Of a stretch of DNA of 64,000 nucleotides, positions 1 to 10,183 are shown in pieces. Numbering within the stretch: the stretch's first letter is position 1; each line of letters begins with the position of its first letter. Both the position numbers and the translations under genes were made by a program. The stretch lies in sequence record PZ379177.1. One strand, 5' to 3'. This DNA is from a phage. The notes beneath the pieces were generated by a model. The model made no database searches. It was not told the DNA's origin and was given only the letters and a program-made list of their open reading frames with translations.

Positions 1-1578
1 CGGCGGCGGCGGTACGCCGTCCAATCGGCTAACGTTCCATGAGCGTCTGATGCCGTCAGTCTCTGCAATCAATGTTGCGTTTCCTGGGTACGGGTAGCCG
101 CCGATTGAACCAGAGTACGCAAGTGATGACCCAGGCTGCATGAATGACTCGCCCACCATGCCATTTCTTGTCGTCAACGGACCGTTTGCGCAAGAAATGT
201 TGTTGAGCGTTCCCGCCGTTACAGACAGTATTGCTGTTCCGTCAGAAGGAGGGTTTTGCGTTCCATAAAAATAAGGCTCAGGTCCATTTGGATTCTGAAC
301 AGGGTCGCAGACGCAAATCGAGTATCCAAAAAGAAGTGCATCAGACCCTTCAGGCAATTCACGAGTTTGAGTTGATCCAGCGGCAGTCGCCTTCAACTCT
401 ATTGAAAAGCTGGTACTTACTCCAGAAGCAGCGGTTGCCGTCTGCTCTACAATCCAGATTCGATACCAATCGCCGCCAATTGCTTTTATGCCACCACGGT
501 TTGATTCCCTTCTTACTCCATCGAATTTGCCTTTGATGAAATAGCTCAATGACGGGTCCAAGTTGAACTGGCCAGTGACGGGGTCAAACAGCTTTCCATT
601 ACTCGATGCATCACTATTCTCTGTAACAGAAACAGAAGCGACGTTTTCAGAAAGCACCTTTATGTAGAAGCTATAGCAAACGTTGACGCCAGCCTGCGAA
701 GGAAGCGAAATTGATTTGGCACTTGGATTATTGGCCAAAGAATACACAGGCTCACCGCTTGAAGCCGTCTTGATGACCCTTACTGCGTTGGCAAAATTCT
801 CTATGGCCTCGCCTGGGTAATCACCACACAACTGCCCATAGTAATCAGGCCCACCATACTGTCTGGTGTCGCCGCCGACAAGCCCTGTGCCGGAACCATT
901 TCCCCATGAGTACCAATCTGGGTGCGCCATCCGTGACACGGTGCCTGACACTCCGCTGATGGCCAGTCCGGCGTTGTTGCCATGGCTTAAAAGTATCTGC
1001 TTATAATCATGCTGAATCTCAGTTGACCCTTGCCAGTCGTACAGAAGGAATGAGCCATTGGTTGATTCAGACGAAGACACCGCGCCTTGAGTATTGTCGG
1101 TCACATATGCGTAGCGTGATGAAGAGTAATCCCAAGCCTCTCCACGGTTGAAAATCCACTTAAGCATGCGGTTGATACTTTCGATGCGGCCATCACTTGT
1201 AAGCGTCAGATAACGAAGCTTAAGAAGTATGCGCGCTTCTTCGATATTCTTTACAACCTTCCCGCCAGCACCAAAGAAGTTGCCGCCGATGTTGTCCGCA
1301 CCTTCAAAGTTGTCGCGCGTCGGTCCAAACGCCCAGTTGTGCTCATAATTGCTTAAGTCCACAAAGTCTCTTGGTATGCAAAGAATGTCGCACCAAATAT
1401 AAATGCCCATTGCATCACAAGTGTCAATGTTAAAAATGTTATTGTACCAGTCAGTCCAAAACTGATCTTGGTATCTTTCATACCAGTCACTTTTCTTTTG
1501 CACCAAAGATGCGATGTTTGGCGCATTGTTCTGCATCCACTTAAGGTTTTGCAACAGGTTTGTGTCAAACTTTTGCAT
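1..1578 (-). CDS. Tail fibre / host-specificity-like structural protein, partial (ATG at 1578-1576; 3' end runs off the window start)
   Basis: Hand translation of the minus frame from 1578 to 1 gives 526 codons with no stop (MQKFDTNLLQNLKWMQNNAPNIASLV...). GAGGAA RBS-like sequence just upstream, directly after the stop of the 423-aa gene. Gly/Ser/Thr-rich and last in the tail gene string. Not in the ORF track because it is truncated. Confidence 0.55.
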   Translation of the reverse strand, partial: MQKFDTNLLQNLKWMQNNAPNIASLVQKKSDWYERYQDQFWTDWYNNIFNIDTCDAMGIYIWCDILCIPRDFVDLSNYEHNWAFGPTRDNFEGADNIGGNFFGAGGKVVKNIEEARILLKLRYLTLTSDGRIESINRMLKWIFNRGEAWDYSSSRYAYVTDNTQGAVSSSESTNGSFLLYDWQGSTEIQHDYKQILLSHGNNAGLAISGVSGTVSRMAHPDWYSWGNGSGTGLVGGDTRQYGGPDYYGQLCGDYPGEAIENFANAVRVIKTASSGEPVYSLANNPSAKSISLPSQAGVNVCYSFYIKVLSENVASVSVTENSDASSNGKLFDPVTGQFNLDPSLSYFIKGKFDGVRRESNRGGIKAIGGDWYRIWIVEQTATAASGVSTSFSIELKATAAGSTQTRELPEGSDALLFGYSICVCDPVQNPNGPEPYFYGTQNPPSDGTAILSVTAGTLNNISCANGPLTTRNGMVGESFMQPGSSLAYSGSIGGYPYPGNATLIAETDGIRRSWNVSRLDGVPPPP

Positions 1579-1584
1579 AGTTCC

Positions 1585-2856
1585 TCACACAAATTTAACG
1601 TTGATGAAGCCGCGCATAGTATTAGCCTTATCCCAAGGATTGGCAATCCACTCGCTGCCGTAATCGGATGGATAATTTGGCGCTGCCTGTCCGCTTTTAA
1701 CTGCTGCAATTTTGCAATCTTTAATGTACAGACCTGGATACTCGCAAGATACTGCTGAAGCAATCTCAAAAGAAGATTGAGATTGGCCTACTGCATATCC
1801 TTGCTCGCCGTTAAAATTTCCATTACCGTAATTCAACACAGCGGCAATAATAGATTCGGCATCGGCGGTTGCGGTGCCTCTTACAACAGTAATATCGACA
1901 TACAAGTCATATATGACAGCAGTGTTGAACTTTACGAAATAAGACAGTTGTGATTCTTCGTCGACAACTTCTATTCCATCAGGAGAGTTGACTGGATTGC
2001 CCTGGTTGGCAGCACCAAAGTCCCACGGCTGGCCGCCCATTTTCGCTTTGAAAATAGTCTCAGCAAAAACTTGCTTATCGAAAGTTCCGCTTGCGCACAC
2101 CCAAACACCGTTAGGCGTTGAAAAGGTGATGCCGCGTACCGTTCCAGGCAATCCCGTGTCGTTCTCCACGACCATCACAGATTCCACGCCGTCGACCGAC
2201 ATGGCGCGAGCGCGAATGGCACCAAGCGATGCAATGCCCTGCTGGTAAAGACGCTTAACGCGAGCGGCCTTTAATGCTCCGTCGCCCATGTATTGCGCTC
2301 CTGGCACAGTCGTCGTTGCTGATGTTGAATACGTTCTTGACCATCCGATGACGTCATAACCTTGCACCACTGTAAACTCTTCATCAGGTGCAACAGTAAA
2401 TGAGCCATACTCTTTTGATGCAAGAGTCATATTGCTTGTCTTGCCAGTCGAAGTGATTTGAACGTCTTCCAAAACATACCAGTATGTGCCATTTGAATCC
2501 GTCAGCAAACTTCCAGCAGGAATCTCCAACAGCGGCGTTCCTTCTGCGGTAATTCCTTTTAGCATCGTGCTGATGTTTTTAGTTCGCTCAATCCCAAGCA
2601 ATGCCGCGATGGCATCAAGGTATACGCCATACGAATAATTTGGGTTGATGAGACTTCCCAGCTCGGCGTTGTTCTTCATCACTGAAGTTCTTGCCAAAGT
2701 CTCCGTTGCGATTAGGGTGCCTTGCGGTGTCGAGGCATCAACGTCAAGCCCGACCCCTAATGACTCAATCCATTCACTTTGAACGTCAGCCAGCAAATCG
2801 GCTGTGTCGATGGTTATTACACCAGTGCTTACTATGTAAGAATATTGTGCACTCAT
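1585..2856 (-). CDS. Tail/baseplate structural protein (possibly baseplate J-like)
   Basis: 423-aa ORF between the spike-like gene and the fibre-like gene; its start overlaps the upstream stop. Function inferred from position only. Confidence 0.5.
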   Translation of the reverse strand: MSAQYSYIVSTGVITIDTADLLADVQSEWIESLGVGLDVDASTPQGTLIATETLARTSVMKNNAELGSLINPNYSYGVYLDAIAALLGIERTKNISTMLKGITAEGTPLLEIPAGSLLTDSNGTYWYVLEDVQITSTGKTSNMTLASKEYGSFTVAPDEEFTVVQGYDVIGWSRTYSTSATTTVPGAQYMGDGALKAARVKRLYQQGIASLGAIRARAMSVDGVESVMVVENDTGLPGTVRGITFSTPNGVWVCASGTFDKQVFAETIFKAKMGGQPWDFGAANQGNPVNSPDGIEVVDEESQLSYFVKFNTAVIYDLYVDITVVRGTATADAESIIAAVLNYGNGNFNGEQGYAVGQSQSSFEIASAVSCEYPGLYIKDCKIAAVKSGQAAPNYPSDYGSEWIANPWDKANTMRGFINVKFV

Positions 2857-3605
2857 TCTATCATATCCCCAGTTCTGTTTCCAGGTCCGTTACCTATGTG
2901 ACCGTGAGTGGATACATTTGTGCCGCCGATTGTTGTGCCAGTCGGAAGCGTTGCCGTCGTTCCTTCTTTCCCTTCTATACCACCATTGAACGTTGCCTTT
3001 CCATTAACTATCAATTGTTGGTCGATAGTGGTTATTGGTGTTTTCACATTTACTCCAGCCGATGCAGTTATGTTTATCGAGTCATCACTTAATGCGATGC
3101 GGACAGCTCCGCTGAGTGACTGGATTACCATTGAGCCTGCATCCTCTCCGCTTATGGTGTATTTTCGAAATACATCCGGTATGAACAGTCCATCAGCGAA
3201 AGTTTTCGCGCGACCATTGGTAGGCGCGGTCGGCTTCAATTCTTCAAGGAATGTCGACAACTCGCGGTCGCCAGCGAATATCCAGCCCAAATCACCTTCT
3301 TTCAAAGGAAAGTTGATTACAAAGCCGCCGCCGCCGATTGCTAATACAGGAATTGACACCAGGGGTTGACGCTCCACTGGTTTATCATCAAGACTTACGA
3401 AATGAATAACAGGCTTTATGACTGCTAAATTCTGTTTGCGGTCATAAGATATTACTTGTGCAGGAATCATGCCGTCAGTGGTATACTTGCCACGGTCCAG
3501 CATTCCCTGCAGCGCGGCAAACATACTTGATTTGTCAGTTTGGTTGGGGCTTGTAAGTTGGGTTAACTTTTCTGCCATCATAGACTCCTTATATCTGATC
3601 AACAA
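2853..3605 (-). CDS. Baseplate central spike-like protein (gpV-like)
   Basis: 250 aa. Gly-rich beta region (AIGGGGFVINFPLKEGDLGW) and a C-terminal His-rich tip (GGTNVSTHGHIGNGPG), as in metal-binding spike apex domains. Position downstream of the tape measure gene. Confidence 0.55.
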   Translation of the reverse strand: MLIRYKESMMAEKLTQLTSPNQTDKSSMFAALQGMLDRGKYTTDGMIPAQVISYDRKQNLAVIKPVIHFVSLDDKPVERQPLVSIPVLAIGGGGFVINFPLKEGDLGWIFAGDRELSTFLEELKPTAPTNGRAKTFADGLFIPDVFRKYTISGEDAGSMVIQSLSGAVRIALSDDSINITASAGVNVKTPITTIDQQLIVNGKATFNGGIEGKEGTTATLPTGTTIGGTNVSTHGHIGNGPGNRTGDMIE

Positions 3606-3638
3606 ATTATAATCTATAAGGAGTCTATAAGCAATATT

Positions 3639-4160
3639 TTAGCGATTTGACTTTGATTCTTTAATGGCAGCTTCGTTTGAGTAGGCTTCATTAAGTGATT
3701 TTGCTATTAAACCATCAAACATGGCAAATGCATCACGCAATGAATAGTATTCTTCCAACTCCTTTAAAGAGGCAAGGCCGTTATTTATTAGACTTGCAAC
3801 CATTGGCTCAAGATAATTAGGCTCTACTGTCGGTGCATCCGCCAAGAATCTATTTGGAATCTTGGTGCCTTTCCAATCGCTAAGGAATCCAAAGTTGTGC
3901 TTTTTAACGGCTTCCATTAATACTTTCAACACAAGATTAGGCGGCAAGTGATTAGGTATGCTTTTCACTTCCTCACTAATTACTTTTTCAGAATTAAGCC
4001 TTACTTTGGACCCGTCATATTTGATGACATAACATTCACTCAATAATTCAAGTGGAGTTAATATGCTTATGTCGTCCACCATTTCGAATGCATCTATTGC
4101 GCTGAATTGATGAATTTCATAAGTAACGCCAAACAAGTCAATTACTTTATTCTTTCTCAT
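3639..4160 (-). CDS. Hypothetical tail-associated protein
   Basis: 173-aa ORF inside the co-oriented tail gene string. Confidence 0.5.
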   Translation of the reverse strand: MRKNKVIDLFGVTYEIHQFSAIDAFEMVDDISILTPLELLSECYVIKYDGSKVRLNSEKVISEEVKSIPNHLPPNLVLKVLMEAVKKHNFGFLSDWKGTKIPNRFLADAPTVEPNYLEPMVASLINNGLASLKELEEYYSLRDAFAMFDGLIAKSLNEAYSNEAAIKESKSNR

Positions 4161-4162
4161 AT

Positions 4163-5035
4163 TTATGCCGATGGTGCAACGCCGCCCGTCACCGTAAATA
4201 TATCATCACGACTTGCTAAATCATATTCAAGTTGCATGATGACAAATGTGGTGTCGTTCAAGCTTGGGTTTAAGACTGATTTGAATTTAACACCTTGTGC
4301 AAGCTTCAAATCTGCGTTATACATACAAGTAAAGTCTGCACCCCACTCGTTCCACATCGGTATTCCGACAAATTCCTCAATGACCGTAATCTGGTCTGGA
4401 TTTAGAATTTTGTCTTTATCCTTGGCAATTAACGTATCGTCATCAATGTATGCCGCGATGGAGTTGCGTTGATAGTTCTGGATCTCAAGCAGCAGCGCAG
4501 CAGCGACATATGTCGTTCTTCCTGGATTCACAAGTCGCTGATTGTTAATCGACGTATCACAAATAACAGTATCGATGTCCATTTGTTTTGCAGACCATTC
4601 CACAAACTCTTTGAAAGTCGGGTTGGATGGCGCAGCTTGAGTGATGAACTTAGTTCTGTTTATTTGGTTGGTGTAGCAAGTGATTCTGATGACAATATTC
4701 GGCGGCGGCGCTGTTATCTCAACTGTCGTCACCTGTCCCTTGTATACCAAGTTGCTGCTGATTACATTCCCTTCTCTGTATCCAGCTTCAATAGTCACGT
4801 TGACGTAGTTCGCCGCCAGCTGGCCTTGATCACGCAGACGTTTGTTGAATGCCGTGAAGTTGGAAAGCAGGTACTCTCTCAAGTACCCTGTTAATCCTGC
4901 GACTTCAATCGTGGCCTTATTCTGAACGGAAAGTGCTGCCTTTTTGATTCGGCATCTAAGCATCAATCCTTCGTCAAGCACTTGGCTTGTGCCATCCGGC
5001 ATGGATAAGGTGACTTTAAGGATTCTCTTTTTCAA
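4163..5035 (-). CDS. Tail/baseplate-associated protein (distal tail or hub-like)
   Basis: 290-aa ORF immediately downstream of the tape measure gene. Confidence 0.5.
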   Translation of the reverse strand: MKKRILKVTLSMPDGTSQVLDEGLMLRCRIKKAALSVQNKATIEVAGLTGYLREYLLSNFTAFNKRLRDQGQLAANYVNVTIEAGYREGNVISSNLVYKGQVTTVEITAPPPNIVIRITCYTNQINRTKFITQAAPSNPTFKEFVEWSAKQMDIDTVICDTSINNQRLVNPGRTTYVAAALLLEIQNYQRNSIAAYIDDDTLIAKDKDKILNPDQITVIEEFVGIPMWNEWGADFTCMYNADLKLAQGVKFKSVLNPSLNDTTFVIMQLEYDLASRDDIFTVTGGVAPSA

Positions 5036-5039
5036 ATGA

Positions 5040-7220
5040 TCACCACTTCAAAGGTGTAGCAGTAAGGTTGTTTATGTCGTTGATATCATCTTGTTCAAGC
5101 ACGCGCTTAGTCTCAATAGCCGTGCTTCGTGGGTCTTGAGCGCCGTTGACGTTGATGACAACGTTTTTCTGACCCATAGTGATATCACGCCCACCAGGTC
5201 GACTATTCGCGGAGAGGTCGCCGCCGTATTTCTGGAACGCCTCAAGCTGGAATGCCGCAAGACGAGCATTCTTCATCGCTTCGGCCTGAATGTTCGGTCT
5301 TACGCCTGGAGTTGAAGCCAGCTGCATGTTTTTAATATAATCCCTTTGCGTTCCAAGTTTAAGGTAAGTTTGAGCAAAGTCAATATCACCTTTGTTAACT
5401 TGCCCTTGCATCAGCTGCTCAACTGGCACGTTTAGGTATCCTGCAATGGCTTCTTGCAACTGTCTGTATTGCACCGTTTGGCGGGATTGGCCTTGTACTG
5501 GTGCATAGCTTCCTTTCGGCGCTTCTGCTCCGCTGCCGCTAAGAACTGGAGTAACTGGTGCACCTTGCGGCGCTCCTGTGGCGTATTCTCCATTCGCCTG
5601 TCGGTCGAGAGCAGCCATCACCTTGCCAGGATATGCACGGGTGTTCTTTCCCCATCCGCTGCGGTCATATCCACCGTGATACATAGTCAGGGCAAGATTC
5701 CAATCGCCATTGGCAGCGGTTAAATATTCCTTGAGAAGTTGAGCGCCGCCCATAATGTTTTGTCTTGGGTCGTTACCGTCTGTAATGCCAAGTCCCTTGA
5801 AGTTGGAAGGCATTATTTGCATCAATCCGGTCGCGCCTGCTCCGCTCACAGCGTTAGGGTTGAATCCAGATTCGACTTCTGTGACGGCCTTCATCATCGC
5901 AACAGGGATTCCATAACGCTTGGAGGCTTCCTCATAGATTGAGTCATATGCAGTCGGATTTCCTGACCCCAAGTTGTTGCCTACGGTCGCACCAGTGCTT
6001 AGTGCTGGCGTGCCAGGCATTGCGGATTGGCCTGCGCTTCGTCCTATCTCACCAGCCCATGCAGCCCACGCTTGTCGCTCATCAATAACACCAGCAAAGG
6101 TTGAAACGGCGCTTGAAAACAGGTTTATATCGCGAGTGAAAAGTGCTTGCGCAGAACGTTGTTCAGCCGCGTTTTGCTCCTGGTTCCTCTGGCGTTTCAC
6201 ATCGCCGTCAGCCATCTGAGTTATCCATCTATCAACGGCACGCTCGTGACGCTCGTTAACAGCCGCCTGTTTATCGAACGGGTGTTTCAAATCAGCGATG
6301 AAATTGTCGACAAATTCAGACCATCCATCAGACATCCTTTGGAACATCATCTGGAATCCTTCGACTGTATCGGCGGTCTTGCTGACAAGCATCGAGAATG
6401 CAGGCATCACGTTCTCACCGATTACCAGTTCAATGCGTCGCCAGTCTTCTTGAATTTGGCCCATGCTGTTTCGTATCGTTTCAAGCGCAGCCTGCTGTCT
6501 TTGCAGCTTCGCCGTTTCTTCGTCGCTTATACGGGTGCTTTCTTTGACTGATTGATTTCGCTCACGAAGCGCACGGACTTCATCGGCGGTAAAACCTGCC
6601 AGAGCACCAATAGCACGAGCGGTTTGCTCATTCACACTTCTCAGCTTTGTGCCAATTTCATCAAGCAGCTGGTTTGTGTCTTTGATGCCGCCGTTACTGT
6701 TGAAAGGACTGGTCCCCATCTTGTTCAGAAGCAAGTTATCCTTGTTCATCACATCGGGGTTGGTGTATGCGTTAAATGCGAGATTAGAAGCCTTGCTGAT
6801 TAAATCCCTTGACCCTTGCGCACCAAGAACTCCGCCTGAACTTTCATTCAATTGTCGCTGTAGTTGCTCCACTCCGATTGGTGAAAGCCCTGCTTCAAAT
6901 CCAAGCTTCCTTTGCGCTTCATATTCTTTTCGAACATCAACGATTGATTTAACGACAACAGCCAATCCTGCAACAACAGGAACGAGCGCGGCGAAGCGAT
7001 AAGTAAGCCGCGCAAGGATTCCGTCAATAGACCCCAGTTCAGCTGTGAGAGGCTTCAACTCACCAAACACATCTTTGAATGCTCCGGTGAAGTCTTTACC
7101 AGCGGACTTTGCCTTTTTGTTTGTCTGATCAACCTTATCTTGCAATTGCTCAAGACGATTGATGGACTCTTTCAAGTCCACCGTATATTGAAGCACAAAT
7201 TTTTCTAATGAGTCAGACAC
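5040..7220 (-). CDS. Tail tape measure protein with lytic transglycosylase (SLT) domain
   Basis: 726 aa. Long helical, Ala/Gln-rich N-terminal part. SLT-type motifs TEVESGFNPNAVSGAGATGLMQIMP and MYHGGYD. Sits between chaperone-sized ORFs and baseplate-like genes. Confidence 0.8.
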   Translation of the reverse strand: MSDSLEKFVLQYTVDLKESINRLEQLQDKVDQTNKKAKSAGKDFTGAFKDVFGELKPLTAELGSIDGILARLTYRFAALVPVVAGLAVVVKSIVDVRKEYEAQRKLGFEAGLSPIGVEQLQRQLNESSGGVLGAQGSRDLISKASNLAFNAYTNPDVMNKDNLLLNKMGTSPFNSNGGIKDTNQLLDEIGTKLRSVNEQTARAIGALAGFTADEVRALRERNQSVKESTRISDEETAKLQRQQAALETIRNSMGQIQEDWRRIELVIGENVMPAFSMLVSKTADTVEGFQMMFQRMSDGWSEFVDNFIADLKHPFDKQAAVNERHERAVDRWITQMADGDVKRQRNQEQNAAEQRSAQALFTRDINLFSSAVSTFAGVIDERQAWAAWAGEIGRSAGQSAMPGTPALSTGATVGNNLGSGNPTAYDSIYEEASKRYGIPVAMMKAVTEVESGFNPNAVSGAGATGLMQIMPSNFKGLGITDGNDPRQNIMGGAQLLKEYLTAANGDWNLALTMYHGGYDRSGWGKNTRAYPGKVMAALDRQANGEYATGAPQGAPVTPVLSGSGAEAPKGSYAPVQGQSRQTVQYRQLQEAIAGYLNVPVEQLMQGQVNKGDIDFAQTYLKLGTQRDYIKNMQLASTPGVRPNIQAEAMKNARLAAFQLEAFQKYGGDLSANSRPGGRDITMGQKNVVINVNGAQDPRSTAIETKRVLEQDDINDINNLTATPLKW

Positions 7221-7223
7221 AGT

Positions 7224-7640
7224 TTACCCCTTGTTTGGAGTCTCGCCGCTGAGGAATGGCGCGATTAATCGCATCGATTCGCCGATGAATGCTGCAGCCA
7301 TTTCGCCGCCAGCTTGTTCCCAGTAGCCTTCACGCTCGGCGTGAGTATCTGGGTTTATACCGTTCTCCATGAGGACTGCTTCGAAGACTTCTTTAAGGTT
7401 TTCCCAGTCACCAAGATGGTTGTCAATTAGTGCACCAGTGCTTAATGGGATTTCTTGGCCCACATCAAGCTCGACTTTTGCGAAGCTCAACACTTCCATC
7501 GTATACTCTGAACGAAACGCAGGGTCCTTCGACATTGCAAATTCGACAAAGCGACGCTGAATATTCCAGCCTTCCATCGCAGTCATTTTGCTGATTTTGA
7601 TTTCTACTGTACGACCAGTTTGTTTGTTGGTGATCTTCAT
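7224..7640 (-). CDS. Putative tail assembly chaperone
   Basis: 138-aa ORF immediately upstream of the tape measure gene. Confidence 0.45.
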   Translation of the reverse strand: MKITNKQTGRTVEIKISKMTAMEGWNIQRRFVEFAMSKDPAFRSEYTMEVLSFAKVELDVGQEIPLSTGALIDNHLGDWENLKEVFEAVLMENGINPDTHAEREGYWEQAGGEMAAAFIGESMRLIAPFLSGETPNKG

Positions 7641-7641
7641 T

Positions 7642-8202
7642 TTATATTCCTACTGTTGATTTTATTTTATTATATAACGAACTCACAGTTGTAGTCAAAC
7701 TGACTGGTTCTTTAATAGCAACACCATTTGATGATTCGTCTGCAGATTGTTTAGGGTCGAAGCTTCCTTGAATGCTAAATGACGTTTGCTCGAAAGTTAT
7801 TACTATTGAGACTCCATTCAAGTTTTCTTCTGACTGGGTTATTTCAACGTCGGACATCGACATTTTACTGGCAATGATGCTTCGAGAAGTTATTGAAAAT
7901 GTGACTTCGTCATCATCAAATGAATTTATGATATTTTCAATTGTAGACTGGTCATTGCAAATTACGTTTAACGCCATATGGGCTGGCATTACAACCTTTG
8001 CCGCCTGTAAATTGCTTACTGATGACGTGCTTGATACTTCGACAACCTGCATGGCTGTACCAGCAAGAGGGAATTGAGTTGTTTCTGCTGGGGATGTTAT
8101 TTCTGCAGAAACAGGTGAAAGCCTTGTCCAGACAGGAAGACCTGTTGACTCATTCGTTATGGTCAAAGATTGACCAGAAAGCAGAATCGAAACGAAGTCC
8201 AT
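7642..8202 (-). CDS. Putative tail assembly/structural protein
   Basis: 186-aa ORF adjacent to the chaperone-like ORF in the tail string. Confidence 0.4.
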   Translation of the reverse strand: MDFVSILLSGQSLTITNESTGLPVWTRLSPVSAEITSPAETTQFPLAGTAMQVVEVSSTSSVSNLQAAKVVMPAHMALNVICNDQSTIENIINSFDDDEVTFSITSRSIIASKMSMSDVEITQSEENLNGVSIVITFEQTSFSIQGSFDPKQSADESSNGVAIKEPVSLTTTVSSLYNKIKSTVGI

Positions 8203-8735
8203 CAGAACATCCCCTTGATACCATTCATCACCTTTGTAGCGACGCCAGTGACGCTGGCAGAAGTTTCTTTTATGTATGCAATGCCGCGCTCTATTACTGT
8301 TGAGTCGCCTGCCTGCGCTGTTTGAATAGACACATCCTGCTGTGTTAATATCTCATGGAAGACCAATTGTATGGGCTGAGATGTTATATTGTCAGCGTCC
8401 TGGCTGAAGTTGTTATTTTGCAGCACCATACGTTCGAATATTAGACCACGGGAATTAATTGTGTATATAGTCGACCTGTTTTGCAACATCTTAGCTATTG
8501 CATCTGATGCGCTTTTCGTCTGAGCTATCACGGTGACAGTGAGTATTCGCGGCATCTTTACTCTGCCATCGACAATATAGCTGCCGTCTTCCCTTTGGTT
8601 TTTGAATATCTTCGCTTGGAGTCTTATTTTAACGTTAACAATCGCCCAACCAAGCGTTGACACTTCCCCAAGGTTGAAGCTTCTTATTGTGAAGCTTCTG
8701 TTGGAAAGACTATATGACAATAAATCGATAGCCAT
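8202..8735 (-). CDS. Hypothetical tail protein
   Basis: 177-aa ORF; start and stop overlap with neighbours. Confidence 0.45.
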   Translation of the reverse strand: MAIDLLSYSLSNRSFTIRSFNLGEVSTLGWAIVNVKIRLQAKIFKNQREDGSYIVDGRVKMPRILTVTVIAQTKSASDAIAKMLQNRSTIYTINSRGLIFERMVLQNNNFSQDADNITSQPIQLVFHEILTQQDVSIQTAQAGDSTVIERGIAYIKETSASVTGVATKVMNGIKGMF

Positions 8736-9232
8736 TAAATTGACCCCAATATGCTCTGCACCACGCCTTTTGCAATTTGCGATGTGCTCTGTGCGCCGCC
8801 GTAGCTGGCAAACACGAATGTGTATCTGTTTGTCTTACGACGACCGGACTGCTCAATGGAGTCGCCAAGCGGACCGCTGATGATGGTCCCGTTCGAAAAC
8901 GCCACTCTGCCGCCATCAGGATATGTAATAAGCATTGATGTGACATCCTGGATAGGAAGCCACTTGAATCCGCCTTTACGAGCGGAAAGCAAAAGCTTTA
9001 GGTTTATGTCATCTTCAGTGTTTGGGATCACCGCAATGGATACGCGAACGACGGCGGCCTTGTCATAAATACAAATGCCGCCGTCATAAGTAAGTTGATA
9101 GCCTACTGATTCAACTTCCTCAATAATTAGCGAATCCTGGTCATCAGACAAAGAACTGATATTCAGCCCAACAGGAAAAGATTGGAGAGCGACAATTCTA
9201 ATGCTTGTGCCAAATCCACTAATATTGACCAT
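8735..9232 (-). CDS. Tail tube-like protein, paralog of 10183-10650
   Basis: 165 aa. N-terminus MVNISGFGTSIRIVALQSFPVGLNISSLSDDQD matches MINVSGFGASIRLVASNTFPNGVTLSDFADDAD of the 155-aa ORF. Confidence 0.5.
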   Translation of the reverse strand: MVNISGFGTSIRIVALQSFPVGLNISSLSDDQDSLIIEEVESVGYQLTYDGGICIYDKAAVVRVSIAVIPNTEDDINLKLLLSARKGGFKWLPIQDVTSMLITYPDGGRVAFSNGTIISGPLGDSIEQSGRRKTNRYTFVFASYGGAQSTSQIAKGVVQSILGSI

Positions 9233-9234
9233 GT

Positions 9235-9501
9235 TTACTCCGCAGATGCAGATTTAACTGCTGCAAGAATTTCATCCTTATAAGAAAGACCTTTGATGTC
9301 AATCTCATGTTCCTTTGCATAAGCCTTCAATTCAGAGACGCTCATTGAATCAAAATCAACTTTCGATTCCACTTCCTTCTCTTCAACCTGTTCTTTCTTC
9401 TCCGCAACAGGGTTTGAAGTCTTTTTGAATAATTCCGATGCGTCTTCAAATTTTTCGCCAAATTTCATGACGCCATTAGCAAAATGAATTACTTGTGCCA
9501 T
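9235..9501 (-). CDS. Hypothetical protein
   Basis: 88-aa acidic ORF in the tail string. Confidence 0.45.
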   Translation of the reverse strand: MAQVIHFANGVMKFGEKFEDASELFKKTSNPVAEKKEQVEEKEVESKVDFDSMSVSELKAYAKEHEIDIKGLSYKDEILAAVKSASAE

Positions 9502-9857
9502 TATTGATTACTCACCTTTATACGTTCGCCATAAATAGTCACCACTTCAGCGGTGAATCCAAGAATACCGTTTTGGATGGTGACAGTCAATGAGTCGATT
9601 CCGGCAACGTCTGCTTTCTTCAGAATAGCATCTGCAATCGACTTTCTCGCACCGTCTTCATCAACGGGCGATTTGAAAACAGTGCCTAAATAATCGACTC
9701 CGTTTTCAACATCGTACAAGTCTTCACCAAGTCGCAGTTGATGCGCTGCCTTGATAACTTGTACCATGGCCTTTTCTCCTGACAGAATATTCAAATTTCT
9801 TCCATCAGGCAGAAACAGGTCGTTGTTATCATTAACTTCAATCGTTAGAGTTGTCAA
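9501..9857 (-). CDS. Hypothetical protein
   Basis: 118-aa ORF; overlaps neighbours at both ends. Confidence 0.5.
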   Translation of the reverse strand: MTTLTIEVNDNNDLFLPDGRNLNILSGEKAMVQVIKAAHQLRLGEDLYDVENGVDYLGTVFKSPVDEDGARKSIADAILKKADVAGIDSLTVTIQNGILGFTAEVVTIYGERIKVSNQ

Positions 9858-10183
9858 ATTGCAAACTCCGCTTCAGCAGTTTTCTGGAATTCAGCCAACT
9901 CAGATTCTGACATGTAATATAAATTACAGCCGCCAGAGTTAAAATTCTCATAATCGGGTGTGCTGTCAAAAATAAAATTGCCGTACCCAATCATGAGATA
10001 TTTATAAGGCACCATTGGTATACCACCAAAACAACGTACCCCCTGAATCAACAATTCGCCATTGCGGTAAACATCTGCGCACATGTGCTCAATTGCGGCG
10101 AATATGTGCAGCTGCCAATAAGCACCGTCAACGTTAAAGCTGATATTCTGGTTAGGTACGCTGTCAAGTGGTATTTGATACAT
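9854..10183 (-). CDS. Hypothetical protein
   Basis: 109-aa ORF; overlaps neighbours at both ends. Confidence 0.5.
   Translation of the reverse strand: MYQIPLDSVPNQNISFNVDGAYWQLHIFAAIEHMCADVYRNGELLIQGVRCFGGIPMVPYKYLMIGYGNFIFDSTPDYENFNSGGCNLYYMSESELAEFQKTAEAEFAI

Noticed and set aside
1353-2248. Overlapping track ORFs (1353-1769 minus, 1468-1758 plus, 1988-2248 plus) inside the tail genes
   Set aside because: They lie in alternative frames wholly within the long fibre-like and 423-aa genes, which have coupled starts and stops; treated as shadow ORFs.
5040-7220. Tape measure gene as a standalone endolysin
   Set aside because: The lytic transglycosylase motifs sit inside a 726-aa helical protein in tape-measure position; this is typical of a virion-associated entry lysin, not a lysis-cassette endolysin.
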